A DNA stretch of 64,000 nucleotides from Octopus vulgaris (taxonomy: Eukaryota). Below are positions 36,001 to 45,300 of this stretch, in pieces (the first letter of the stretch is position 1; every line of letters begins with the position of its first letter). Where the stretch lies: assembly GCA_951406725.2 (NCBI GenBank), contig OX597820.1, forward strand, positions 96,472,001-96,536,000, read 5' to 3'. The notes below the pieces were generated by a model. It saw nothing but the letters and a program-made list of their open reading frames with translations, did no database searches and had not been told where the DNA came from. The position numbers and the translations under genes are program-made.

Positions 36001-37370
36001 ACAACAAATACCAATGGCAAAACCTACTTAAACCAACACACCATTAAAACCATAACTAAGCTGTGCAACTAAGCCCACCCGAGGTATCCGTCTTATAGTT
36101 TTCCACCAAAACTGCAACATTTAAAACTTCCTTTTATTTACATAATATTGTTTAAGCTGCGGTCTGTCCTATGATCAAAGGACATTCCAATCAAAAGCAT
36201 CCCGTCATTTTTCAATCCTATTATATATTCAACTACATTATCCAATGTGCCTTATTTGCAGACGCTAGGATGTGACCGGGGGGAGATTTGGCTGTTATTT
36301 CTTTTATGAAGTTATCCTACTGAGGTTGCCCAGATTTTCCGTACGAGAAGCGGTCTATATAGATTCAGTTCGAATGTCTCATATCGATCTCTCCAATATC
36401 TAGGCGTTACACGGACTTCGGCTCATTGTCCTATTTTATTGATTTCTTCCAAATTTTGACACAAGGTCTGCAATTTTGAGAGAAGGGAGCAGATCGATTA
36501 CATCGATCCTAGTACTCGACCTCGAGATGATGAAAGGCAAAGTCGATTTTGGTAGGAGTTGAACTCAGAACATAAAGAGCCAGAAGAAATGTCGCTAAGC
36601 ATGTTGTCCGACGTGTTAACGATTCTGCCAGCTCAGCATCGAAACCAAATTAAAATTTTCTGAAATTGATCTATTAATGTGATTTATTATCATTATTTTT
36701 CTGATCTACAAATGACAGTAAATACTCGATATACACAATGTTCCTCCTAGAATGGCAAAAATTAGGACTGATAATATAAACAAAAGAAAAATTAAGAGGT
36801 ACTACAAGCGAACAGTGGTCCCAGTGCGCGAAAGATTTCGAGTAGTGAAGAAAGGTACACACGATGACACTTGCTTAATAATGAATACTAGTATGGCACA
36901 TCGTGCTCAAGCATATTATTATAACTGTGGTTCACATTCAGAACAAACATTTCGTTCATTTTTCAGAGAACCCTTTAGTATGAATATAATCGACGATGGA
37001 TAATCAAAAATGTATAAATAATAATGTAAAAAAAAAATAATAATAAAAGCAAATAAAAATGTAGCGAAAAAACATCGAATTAACAACAATTAGTAAATAT
37101 GACAAATGATTTTGGTTAAATTAGTAACAAAAATGTATTTTTACCAGAAGAGGTGGTAGAGGTGCCAAATGTGAAGGAATTTGTGGTAGCTGTTTGTCCT
37201 GTAGAAGTTGTTGATGATGAAAAAATACTTGATGCAGCCGCTGGTTGGGCGGCAGTGGACGCTGAAAAAAGACTGGGGACCGAAGACTGTGCAGTTGTTG
37301 TCGAAGCAAATATTGAAGGTGTAGAAAACGGTTGCGCTGCCGGCGTGGTGGAGCCAAATTTGAACGCCAT
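7390..37370 (-). CDS. NUP54: Nucleoporin Nup54, spliced CDS: join(37145-37370,35514-35552,33776-33865,31510-31724,30007-30194,28980-29182,26466-26614,24138-24245,15720-15839,13188-13298,7390-7509); 1569 nt, 522 aa
   Basis: All introns are GT-AG with matching phases. FG-rich N-terminus (MAFKFG..FTFG..AFG..LFG) followed by recognisable Nup54 motifs: [93 protein letters not shown]. Confidence 0.95.
7699..8389 (+). repeat. ~700-bp local direct duplication, copy B (Nup54 intron 10)
   Basis: Near-identical to 901-1614, with scattered substitutions and shorter GT runs. Confidence 0.95.
8458..8999 (+). mobile_element. tRNA-derived SINE with central TA/CA microsatellite
   Basis: Head GTGGCTGTGTGGTAAG..GGTTCAGTCCC; tail CCAGCATGGCCACAGTCAAATGACTGAAAC. 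Family members at about 9570, 10540, 25517(-), 31070, 38445, 39065, 46385, 57288, 57790 and 62400(-). Confidence 0.88.
12559..12730 (+). mobile_element. hAT-type MITE, 5' part (3' part of the same family at 42355-42571)
   Basis: TAGTGTTTCTCAACC terminus; internal AT-rich block shared with 42355-42460, whose copy ends GGTTGAAAACCATTG. Confidence 0.55.
13188..13298 (-). CDS. NUP54: Nup54 exon 10 ([13 protein letters not shown]...EEEIRE)
   Basis: tttcag acceptor, GTATGT donor, 111 nt. Confidence 0.95.
13770..14825 (+). repeat. Two diverged ~220-bp direct repeats (13770-13998, 14606-14824), possibly Penelope-like terminal repeats
   Basis: Shared CTCCATAAAT..GCAACAGTCTTCAAAGACTCATATTGTCAT..GCTCGAAATGAGGAG..; each followed by (TA)n. 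The Penelope assignment is inference. Confidence 0.6.
15720..15839 (-). CDS. NUP54: Nup54 exon 9 ([10 protein letters not shown]...HPTQFK)
   Basis: ccacag acceptor, GTGAAT donor, 120 nt. Confidence 0.95.
16294..19182 (+). CDS. RTE LINE EN-RT-PHD polyprotein, N-terminally truncated (~960 aa open)
   Basis: Part of track ORF 16108-19182; its first ~62 codons are read-through of flanking SINE sequence. Confidence 0.85.
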   Translation, partial: ERRYKIFWAGNTDGVGGVGILIAEKWVDKVIEVIRVCDRILKIRLVLHHSLATIISAYAPQSGLPDGQKDRFYDTLLQTTSLTNDRDLIFVAGDFNGHVGRHAGGFHGVHGGYGYGSRNEEGTRLLEFCDANNLMICNTNFRKPTSHLVTYQSGQHTSQIDYILTRQRERWLLINAKTFPGEECTPQHRLVVSDFRIRTRRTTRRRQIWRRRIWKLKDPANGQRFRDILLEASDEVEGDRASQGVEDSWTFLRDNLLRATDQICGWCKVPSRPRITWWWNNIVDRAIREKRQAWKVWKNGGSRGLYQTAKREARRQVYLARGEADKKKFANVLRREDQRLEVFRVARQCVRENRDVVGEKCVRMEDGSLALNEDAKREVWRCHYERLLNEENEWDKESLPNVDPTEGPAIRVDSSVVAKAIRSMKTGKAPGPSGITAVMLKMSGSVGYSLVTRIVNQVIHKGVIPNDWCSSIIVNCYKGKGDALDTNNYRGIKLLDQVMKVTERVIAQLIRERVSLDEMQFGFVPGKSTTDAIFLVRQLQEKYLAKDKPLYLAFVDMEKAFDRVPRSLIWWAMRKLGIDEWLVRAVRAMYRDAASRVRVGNVYSEEFRVEVGVHQGSVLSPLLFIIVLQAITEEFKTGCPWELLYADDLALIAESLSELEEKFQVWKQGLESKGLRVNLAKTKVVISRKVDKSQTPSGRWPCSICRKGVGRNSIRCTKCKLWTHKRCSNVKGRLTRKMVFVCGRCSGTINTENALRPTSVTFQGEKLEIVDSFRYLGDQVSSGGGCAESVTARVRIAWAKFRELLPLLVTKGLSHRVKGRLYDACVRTAMLHGSETWAVTAEDMRKLARNEASMLRWMCNAGTHTRQSVSTLREKLDLRSISCGVQERRLRWYGHVARMDEDSCVKKCHTLAVEGTCGRGRPRKTWDEVVKHDLRTLGLTEEMTRDRDLWKCAVREKTRQDK
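16294..19779 (+). mobile_element. 5'-truncated RTE-clade LINE in Nup54 intron 8, antisense to Nup54
   Basis: Uninterrupted ORF to TGA 19182, with APE endonuclease C-part ([21 protein letters not shown]), RT ([27 protein letters not shown] 18226-18237) and RTE C-terminus ([23 protein letters not shown]); repeat-rich 3'UTR and (GAT)n tail. Confidence 0.96.
21103..22543 (+). mobile_element. Second degenerate mariner copy with a nested RTE tail (21825-22349)
   Basis: Same TIR family as 85-953; [38 protein letters not shown]; the nested insert has a 10-bp TSD AAGAGCAAAT. Confidence 0.9.
22580..23482 (+). mobile_element. Older RTE 3' fragment (decayed ORF end plus 3'UTR)
   Basis: Diverged match to 18720-19140, then hairpin units and a (GAT)n tail. 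Confidence 0.85.
24138..24245 (-). CDS. NUP54: Nup54 exon 8 ([10 protein letters not shown]...LGHRLLK)
   Basis: cacag acceptor, GTAAGC donor, 108 nt, coiled-coil; absent from the ORF track. Confidence 0.93.
25350..25408 (-). ncRNA. Type I hammerhead ribozyme-like motif (Penelope-type)
   Basis: Minus strand: ATGGGTG CTGATGA AGGGG-caaaat-CCCCT GAAA TATG-GTATATATAC-TC ATT ACCCAT. Confidence 0.6.
26032..26252. mobile_element. piggyBac-like TTAA MITE, family 1 (also ~13405-13647, 46948-47170, ~55178-55918)
   Basis: TTAA|CCC...GGG|TTAA; inserted in the TTAA of an RTE tail. Confidence 0.8.
26466..26614 (-). CDS. NUP54: Nup54 exon 7 ([11 protein letters not shown]...QNRLD)
   Basis: ttgcag acceptor, GTAAGT donor; conserved Nup54 domain core. 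Confidence 0.96.
27366..27401 (-). ncRNA. Minimal hammerhead-like variant within a probable Penelope-like repeat (~27270-27460)
   Basis: Minus strand: CTTT CTGTAGA A GAG-tgtagg-CTC GAAAC GTA AAAG; palindromic ACGT stem III; core position 6 is U rather than A. Confidence 0.5.
28980..29182 (-). CDS. NUP54: Nup54 exon 6 ([10 protein letters not shown]...[10 protein letters not shown])
   Basis: tttcag acceptor, GTAGGA donor, phase 2-1. Confidence 0.92.
30007..30194 (-). CDS. NUP54: Nup54 exon 5 ([17 protein letters not shown]...PWPDN)
   Basis: ccacag acceptor, GTAAAG donor, phase 0-2. Confidence 0.93.
31510..31724 (-). CDS. NUP54: Nup54 exon 4 (..QQQQQANV...NLLCRFK)
   Basis: Conserved [20 protein letters not shown]; ttttag acceptor, GTAAGT donor. 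Confidence 0.95.
33049..33420 (+). mobile_element. Near full-length tRNA-derived SINE with 11-bp TSD
   Basis: TSD ATTGTCATTAT at 33038-33048 and 33421-33431. Confidence 0.9.
33776..33865 (-). CDS. NUP54: Nup54 exon 3 ((A)[29 protein letters not shown])
   Basis: tttctcctaaag acceptor, GTAAAT donor, 90 nt, phase 1-1, two FG motifs. Confidence 0.88.
34497..35150 (+). mobile_element. Decayed Tc1/mariner-superfamily transposase remnant
   Basis: [21 protein letters not shown] and FW..NS..CNP.DYYV motifs. Confidence 0.65.
35514..35552 (-). CDS. NUP54: Nup54 exon 2, 39-nt microexon ((G)[12 protein letters not shown])
   Basis: Pyrimidine tract + TAAAG acceptor, GTGAGT donor, phase 1-1, FG-domain-like composition. 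Confidence 0.7.
37145..37370 (-). CDS. NUP54: Nup54 coding exon 1 (MAFKFG...TTSS)
   Basis: ATG at 37370; S/T/A- and FG-rich; donor G|GTAAAA, phase 1. Confidence 0.92.
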
Positions 37371-37570
37371 ATTTACTATACTTTCTTTCACTTCAATATT
37401 GAAGAGTTCTTGACTGGAGCGCCACCGGAAGTACTGTGGCGGATAAACGAAGTACTTCTATTCATTCCTAAATTTTGCAGGCGACAAGTTCTCGGGTTAA
37501 TTTTTTTATAAGATATATATATATATATATATTTTCTTAATACATTTTTTTTTAAATATACAATAACAAG
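37371..37570. promoter_or_regulatory. Bidirectional promoter / 5'UTR interval shared by Nup54 and ferritin
   Basis: 200 nt between divergent ATGs; ETS/GABP-type CCGGAAGT at 37425-37432; YY1-type AAnATGGCG over the Nup54 ATG; local CpG enrichment. Confidence 0.75.
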
Positions 37571-37672
37571 ATGACGAGCCAGTGCAGACAGAATTATCAC
37601 CCCGATTCAGAGGCAGCAATTAACAAACAGATTAATTTGGAACTCTTTGCTAGTTACGTGTATCAGTCGATG
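37571..37672 (+). CDS. FTH1: Ferritin coding exon 1
   Basis: ATG at 37571, 34 codons, donor ATG|GTTTGT; absent from the ORF track. Confidence 0.93.
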
Positions 37673-39231
37673 GTTTGTATAAAAACACTTCAATTTATAT
37701 TTCTTATGTTATTGATGTATGCATGCATAATGTGTGTTTAATCATTCATGTAATTTACTTCAAAGTTTTGATTTATCATTCCGACGATTTTGCTTTTCTG
37801 CTGTATATATAACCAATGCTGATAAAGTATTAGTGGTATATCGATTTGAATGACTCTCCCCAGACACAACAGGATTTGAAATCATTCTACATGCCTAATA
37901 GTAATTAACGATTACTTAATGCAGTGCTTTTCAACCTTTTTGCTGGAGCGGAACCCCAAGGAAACATTCCACTGGCTCGAGGAACCCCTGTGCAATAATT
38001 TAATAGTCTTATGCACACATATCTACACAGGAGAATTAAAAATTACTGCCGATTTTAGCAGTTTTGTAACTTCTTGCGGAACCCCTGGACTGTACTGGCG
38101 GAGCCCTAAGGTTCCGCGGAACCCTGGTTGAAAACCACTCACTTAATACATTGGTTTGATAATATTTCTTTTAATGCTATCTTTCACGTATTATCCTCTC
38201 TGACGATGTGAGGCTCCATTTTCGGCCCCGCATCTTAAATGTCCCCAAAGCCTAAGATTACTCCTTTTAATAATACGATTACTTTTTTTGGTTATTGTAT
38301 CTATATTCAGTATATATTGTAGAAATTTGTTGATTTTCGGAATATCACGGTTTCAGGTACGGAATGCGAAGCAAAACTTTTTTTAAAAAATGAAATTTTT
38401 GTAAAAAAAACAAAAACATTTTCATACGCAGGCCGAAAGAATACCGGCTGTGTGGTAAGAAGTTTGCTTCCCAACCACACGGTTCCGGGTTCAGTTCCAC
38501 TGTGTGGCACCTTGGATAAATATCTTCTACTATAGCCTCGTGCCGACCAAAGCTTGTAAGTGGATTTGGTAGACGGAAACTGAAAGAAGCCCGTCGTTTA
38601 TGTAAATATGTATACGTTTGTGTGTCTGTGTTTATCCCCCACCATCCTTTGACAACCGATGTTGCTGTGTTTACGTCCCCATAACTTAGCGGTTCGCCAA
38701 GGAGACCGGTAGAATATGTACTAGGCTTACAAAGATTAAGTCCTGGGGTCGATTTGTTCGACTAAATGCGGCGCTCCAGCATGGTCGTAATCAAATGACT
38801 GAAAACAAAAGAATATGTTTTATGAAACAGGAATACTAAAAACAAACAAAAAAGAGTAAAAAGGGAGGGAAAAAATCACTTCATTTCCCTTGAAGTAGTA
38901 GTGATTGCTATTCCAAAACTTCTAGAATCTATTCCTATGAAGCGATATACCTTTGTCTTTTGTCAAATGAAAGAATACACAAGAGATAAAGAGTAGCCTC
39001 GAACAAATATATTTGTCCTTCGCCATTACGAGTGAAACCTAGTTGTAGCAAAGTTCTACATATAGGCGCAGGAGTGGCTGTGTGGTAAGTAGCTTGTTTA
39101 CCAACCACATGGGTCCGGGTTCAGTCCCACTGCGTGGCACCTTGGGCAAGTGTCTTCTACTATAGCCTCGGGCCAACCAAAGCCTTGTGAGTGGATTTGG
39201 TAGACAGAAACTGAAAGAAGCCTGTCGTATA

Positions 39232-39262
<31 letters not shown>

Positions 39263-42200
39263 GCGTGTTTGTGTATCTGTGTTTGTCCCCCTAGCATTGC
39301 TTGACAACCTTTGCTGGTGTGTTTATGTCCCCCGTTACTTAGCGGTTCGGCAAAAGAGACCGATAGAATAAGTACTGGGCTTACAAAAGAATAAGTCGGG
39401 GTCAAGTTGCTCGATTAAAGGCGGTGCTCCAGTATGGCCGCAGTCAAATGACTGAAACAAGTAAAAGAGTAAGAGTATATATACTCAGGTCACTTTCGCA
39501 GCTAACGGATCTTTTCGGTTTGAACGGCAGTTTTTTTCTAGCAGTGTCATATGAAATTGTCACTCATAATTATGACCCTAGTATCGATCTATTGCACTTC
39601 AATCTGTTTTAGAGTTAGGGTTAGGGGTGGGGGGAAGGGTATCTTTTTTTTCTTCACAAATGTAAATAAACCCAATCTGTTTCTTAAACGAGGGACATAT
39701 TCATATGGCACAGAATGTTTTTTTCATCTCAATAGACGTCAGTGGTTGGTTGAAGTTGTAGAAATGGAAGAAAAGCAACAACAAATATCTTACAAACTAT
39801 AGAATTTTCTCAATAAAGCCAAGAGAAAAAGATGTTTTATAAACACATTCTACCAGTATACGAAGTTTTAAATTTTTTAGTTACCTAGAAATTATGTTAA
39901 AAACTGCCGTTCAAACCGAAAAGATCCCAGCTAACATTTTCAGGAAATAAAATGAAACCAAAACACGAATATCACATTTCATTGCTCACTATAGGGCATT
40001 TGTATCTGTTCAATAAGAACTTCTCGGTCCGAACTCCGCCAAGAATTCAATACTTGCACTCTATTAGTGTATTTATAATGTATTGCATAAGCGCTAGTTC
40101 TTAATTCCTAGATGCATATCACGGATGCTCCAAGATAAATCATCGGTGTCTGGGGGTTTTAAGGAGTTTTGAGTCTTCAAACATCAGCTTCCCTCGCCCA
40201 GTTGATCATGCCGATGTTGTTTCAAGTTATGTTCCAGCTGCATCCTAGGAACAGCAATCCATTGTCTCATCGTATCAATATTGATTATTCAGATTCATGT
40301 TAGCACATGCACGAGTCAGTAAGTGAGCTTTTGTTTGCTCGTGCCTACCTACTAAAAATAGCAGCCAAATCTTCCTCATATCACATTCACTTGTCTAAAA
40401 ACAGAAAGGACATTGGACAATATGTCCCAAATGTACGAGATAGCCTTTACCAGTGCTTCTGATTTTTGATAGCATGAGCAAAGATTTTAGGTAGTATTTT
40501 TCTTCAAACTAAAGTATGCTCATATCGAGTGCTTGTGCATATATAAATTTGATGTGGCAGCATTTTCAGTTTGAAAATCATGATTTATAAGCATCAACAG
40601 CGAACTTCTATCATCCTCTATATAATGAATATGGTAGAGGTAAAGACCCCCTTCAGTCATGAATGACCATGGGATTGCACCTAGATAGTTACCCCCGTGG
40701 CACAAATCTGGGCAAGGTTATTCATGGAAGAACATCAGTCGCCCATGCATACCAACCTCCCCTCTCCGCACCACTGAGGTTATCCAAGAGAAAAGGTAAA
40801 AGCCGATACAACTTGATACCAGTGATGTCACAACTCATTTCTACAACTGAGAGCAACGTGAAATGAAATGTTTTGCTCAAGAACACAACACAGCCCTGTC
40901 CAGGAATCGAACATACTACCTTATGATTGTGAGCCATGCACCTTCACATAATGAACATAAAAGGTAACATTATTGTTCACGAGCGTAACTATTCAGAAAG
41001 AAAATGAAAAACCTAATCGTGAAGCTGAAATGAAGAAATACAGTATCTCTACACTGCTACAATTTTTTTTTTTCTTTTTTGGGAAAATTAAATTAAATCT
41101 AATCGTTTATTTCCGTTTATATACAAATCGTACTTGCATTACGTAACTGTCTATATGCAAAAACTAAATACTTTCCAACATTTCACATTCCTGTTTTCTG
41201 TTTTACTTTGGCATTAGTGATTTCGACCGTTATCCTCAGCTATACATCATCATCATCGTTTAGCGTCCGCTTTCCATGCTAGCATGGGTTGGACGGTTCA
41301 ACTGGGGTTTGGGAAGCCAGAAGGCTACACCAGGCTCCAGTCTGATCTGGCAGTGTTTCTATGGCTGGATGCCCTTCCTAACGCCAACCATTCCGTGAGC
41401 GTAGTGGGTGCTTTTTACGTGCCACCGGCACAGGTGCCAGACGAGGCTGGCAAAATTCTTTTGCACTGGTTCCTAAGAGAGAACAGATTAGAATAAACAG
41501 TGGTCATGACCGGAACCATTTTTGTCAAATACATATACTAGTTGTTGACAATTTTTCGAATAATAAGTGCATTTGGGCAACGTGATAGACTGCTGTTCAC
41601 TTTGCTATAATGAGACCTTCAGCTATCCTTAATCCATGTGAGTGAAATTGGGTAGACTGAAACGTAATTGAAGGTCAAGCTGTTATATAGTATTGATTGA
41701 TCCAGAAAGCAGAAAAAAGTGCCTATTCTGTTTGCTCTCTCCAGCCAGCAGTACTTTTGAGGAATATGCGTGGGATGGTTATATAAGCAATTTCCTACCA
41801 GAATTTTATAACTTACAGGTTTGACCCGTTAATTAAATAATTGTCCTCTCTCATGGTCCACTTTATAATGAGCTATATTTCATAAATATTACCCATTATA
41901 AATAGAAAATAGTTGCCATACCTACGGTAGCAGTATTAGATGACTGTTTTGGTTGCTATTTCTAACAGGTTGATTGGTTCTGTGGAGCCTCCCTCATTGC
42001 TCATAAAATGGCATTCTCCTTTATGATGATTTATATTTCATAAATATTACCCATTACAAATGGAAAAGAGTGGCATGCCTACAGTAGAGTGTTAGATGGG
42101 TGATAGGTTGGCTGCCTATGTGGAGTCTCCTTCATTAGCTCATAAAATGGCATAAAATTTAAGTCAATGTTGAGGCAAATATTTTCATAAAACTTACTTC

Positions 42201-42286
42201 TCCAGGAAGTAATCTTATAGTCATTCATGACTGTATAGATATGATTATATATTGTAATTATTATTATTATCTATAAGAATATATAT

Positions 42287-42343
<57 letters not shown>

Positions 42344-45300
42344 CATATATATAAGGTCCATATAAGATTTTGTTGTTAAAATTTATTGTTCAATAAATTA
42401 GTTATACTTCTGTAATAGACAAAATATTTTAACAATTTTTATATAAAATTCCTAATAATTGATTATAAAAAAATTATAGGATTTTTTAAAACGTTGAATG
42501 GCTATAAGGGTCCACCTGAGTAAAATAAGAACCAAAGGAGCCCATAGATATTTAAGGGTTGAAAACCATTGTCATAGATGATACTTAATATATGAATGAC
42601 AAATAAATATATTCACACTATTGATAGGCGAGCAACATTATTCTTTTGTAATGAATGAAATAAAAAATATGTAAGCAATTTTTAACTTCAAATGCTGATT
42701 TCTGTATCTTAAAAAAAATTTTCTTTTTCTTTCCAATTTCCTTTTTTAGAAGAAAAATAGATAAATAACTCTTGTGTGTTTCCTCTGAGAATTTCTAATG
42801 TCATCGTCGACTACTGTGGGAAGCAAACACCAATCGTCTTCGCAACACGGACTTAGTCTCTCAACCATGCCAGATATTCTTTTTACTTCATATTGAACTG
42901 ATGTGTATATATAGATATATATATGGTGTATATATATATATGCTAGTGTATATAGCATCTTTCAAACACTGCTGGTATTTTTTAATCTTAATTCTTTTTC
43001 TGCCTTGCTAACTTGGTTGTAAAAACCAGCCACTTGTTTAGCTATTCACATATCTTATGCCTGGCATTACTGAAATATTACTCCTGCTTTCTATTTCTAC
43101 ATCCCACTTTTGCTTGGGAAGTCTGGTTTTGTCTCCCATAAGCTTTACCTTATTTCAAACATTCATTTTCAATAGAACACATGTTACCTTTACTTCTACC
43201 TTTATATTTAAAATAGCTTTGGAAGTTGAAAGTTTAAAAAAAATAATAATTCCTAATTGAAGCTTGGAAAAGTTTTCAAAGTACCGTGGATGATGATGTA
43301 AAGTTATCATTGTCTATTGCAAGGGGTTTATTTACTTATTATTTACACTGACTCTCTTGGTAATAATTTTTTTTTTTGTTTTGTTTATTTATTCTATAGA
43401 TTTATTGTTATGATATGCTGCATTGCTGAAAACAAATTCCTGGCTTGCAATCATTGAAATACTTCACTAAATAATTATAGTATGTGTCTTCACTGTGATA
43501 CCTGATCAAGTCTACTTTTACCTGTGGTATATAAAGGACAGAAAAGCAGTTGTTGTTAATCTAAAACACAGCAGATTTACTGCAGCAGAATTCTTGTTTT
43601 CCACTAGTAAGAAACAAACTTATCCCCTTCCAAGGAGTACAGTAAACTCATTGGTCACAAAATGAGCTGGTAATTAAATATAGAAGCATTGACAACTAGT
43701 AGCATTGGTTGTATTGACATTTGTCATTTTCTGCATCAGAGCACTGAAGAACAAACATCCAAGCAGCCCTGCATTCGCTTTCATTCTACAACTACTGTAC
43801 CTTCATTGTATTTCAGTTATATTACTTGCTTATTTTTTGTCTCTCTGATCATCATCGTCGTTTAACATCTACTTTCCATGGTAGCATGGGTTGGACGGTT
43901 TGACTGTGGGCTGCACCAGGTTCCAGTCTTGATCTGACAGAGTTTCTACAGCTGGATGCCCTTCCTAACGCCAACCATTCTGAGAGTGTAGTGGGTGCTT
44001 TTACGTGCCCAGTCAGGCAGTGCTGGCAACGACCTCGGTCAATCTTTTTTTTTTTTTTTTTTTTTTTTTAACACATGCCAACGGCACAGGTGCCAGTAAG
44101 GCAATGCTGGTAACGATCCTGCTCGAATGGTACCGGAATTATGAAAACTAGAATCATTATTCATTAGTACAAAATTTACAATAGAAAAAACAAAGCCGCC
44201 ACATTGGTGTGTTTTATCTGATAGCATCATTAATGTAGATGTACTGGCAACTCTTCTACTGCAATTTGTATAACAATATTCTGTCTGTGAGCCTTGCTTT
44301 TGGCTAATTAGTGTCATTAGTTTATTAACCATAGTTATTTTGTTGCTCAGTCTTTAAACCTATTGTGATATGTAATCATTGTTTGATAGATTTTCATCTA
44401 GTACAAACACCATAACAAATAGATACTGCAAACCATTCAATAGTCTCCTAGAACTCATTACAGAATGCAACACTATACAAATGCCAATACTTTGATATAG
44501 ATTGAATATTTAATGACATTGTAAATATACCTAGATCAAAGAATGGGACAAGTTCGATGTTGAAGGAGAACTAAAAAGGATAGATGAGGATGTTCAAGAA
44601 AAGCCAGCTAAGGAAGTTAACCCTTTCATTACCAACCTGGCTGAAACCAGCTCTGGCTCTGAGTACAAATGTTTTGTTTTCATAAGTTTTGAATCAAAAT
44701 CTTCCACCAAACCTTAGTCACAATTTATGTTCCTAACACTAGCTGAATGATAACTAAGTTATTTTACTAAATTCTTTGTTATATTTAAAGTAATTGAAAG
44801 AAACACGGAGCATCTCAAAATAAATACAGTAACAAAAGGGTTAACAGTGAAATTTCTAAACTATCTGAAAATGTGGACATAGGCAATGGTTTGTAAAATC
44901 TTTTTTTCTGCCAGTGGCACTTAAAAGGCACCATTCGAGCATGATCGTTACCAGCGTCGCCTTACTGGCACTCGAGCCCTGTGCTAGTAGGGTATTAAGA
45001 GCACCATCCAAGCATGATCGTTGCCAGAGCGGCTATCTGGCCTCCATGCCGGTGGCACATAAAAGGGCACCATTCGAGCATAATCGTTACCTGTGCCGGT
45101 GGCATGTGTAAAAGATTTGAGCGAGGTCGTTGCCAGTACCGCCTGACTGGCCCCTGTGCCAGTGGCACGTAAAAGCACCCACTACACTGTTGGAGTGGTT
45201 GGCATTAGGAAGGGCATCCAGCTGTAGAAACTCTGCCAGATCAAGACTGAAGCCTGGTGCAGCCATCTGGTTCACCAGCCCTCAGTCATTCGTCCAACCC

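Noticed and set aside
36020-36115. Extra FG-like Nup54 exon in intron 1
   Set aside because: Stops in the relevant frames and a weak donor.
37371-37391. Upstream start of track ORF 37116-37391 (MKESIVN..)
   Set aside because: It begins at GTG; the eukaryotic start is the ATG at 37370 in a good context.
37575-37592. CAGTGC near the ferritin start as an IRE
   Set aside because: It lies inside the CDS and the flanks do not pair.
40010-40300. Coding-like unique stretch in ferritin intron 1
   Set aside because: The frames examined are interrupted and no motif is recognised.
43735-43785. [15 protein letters not shown] as a further SPAG1 exon remnant
   Set aside because: Only a few identities and similarity does not continue; cannot be told from chance without a search.
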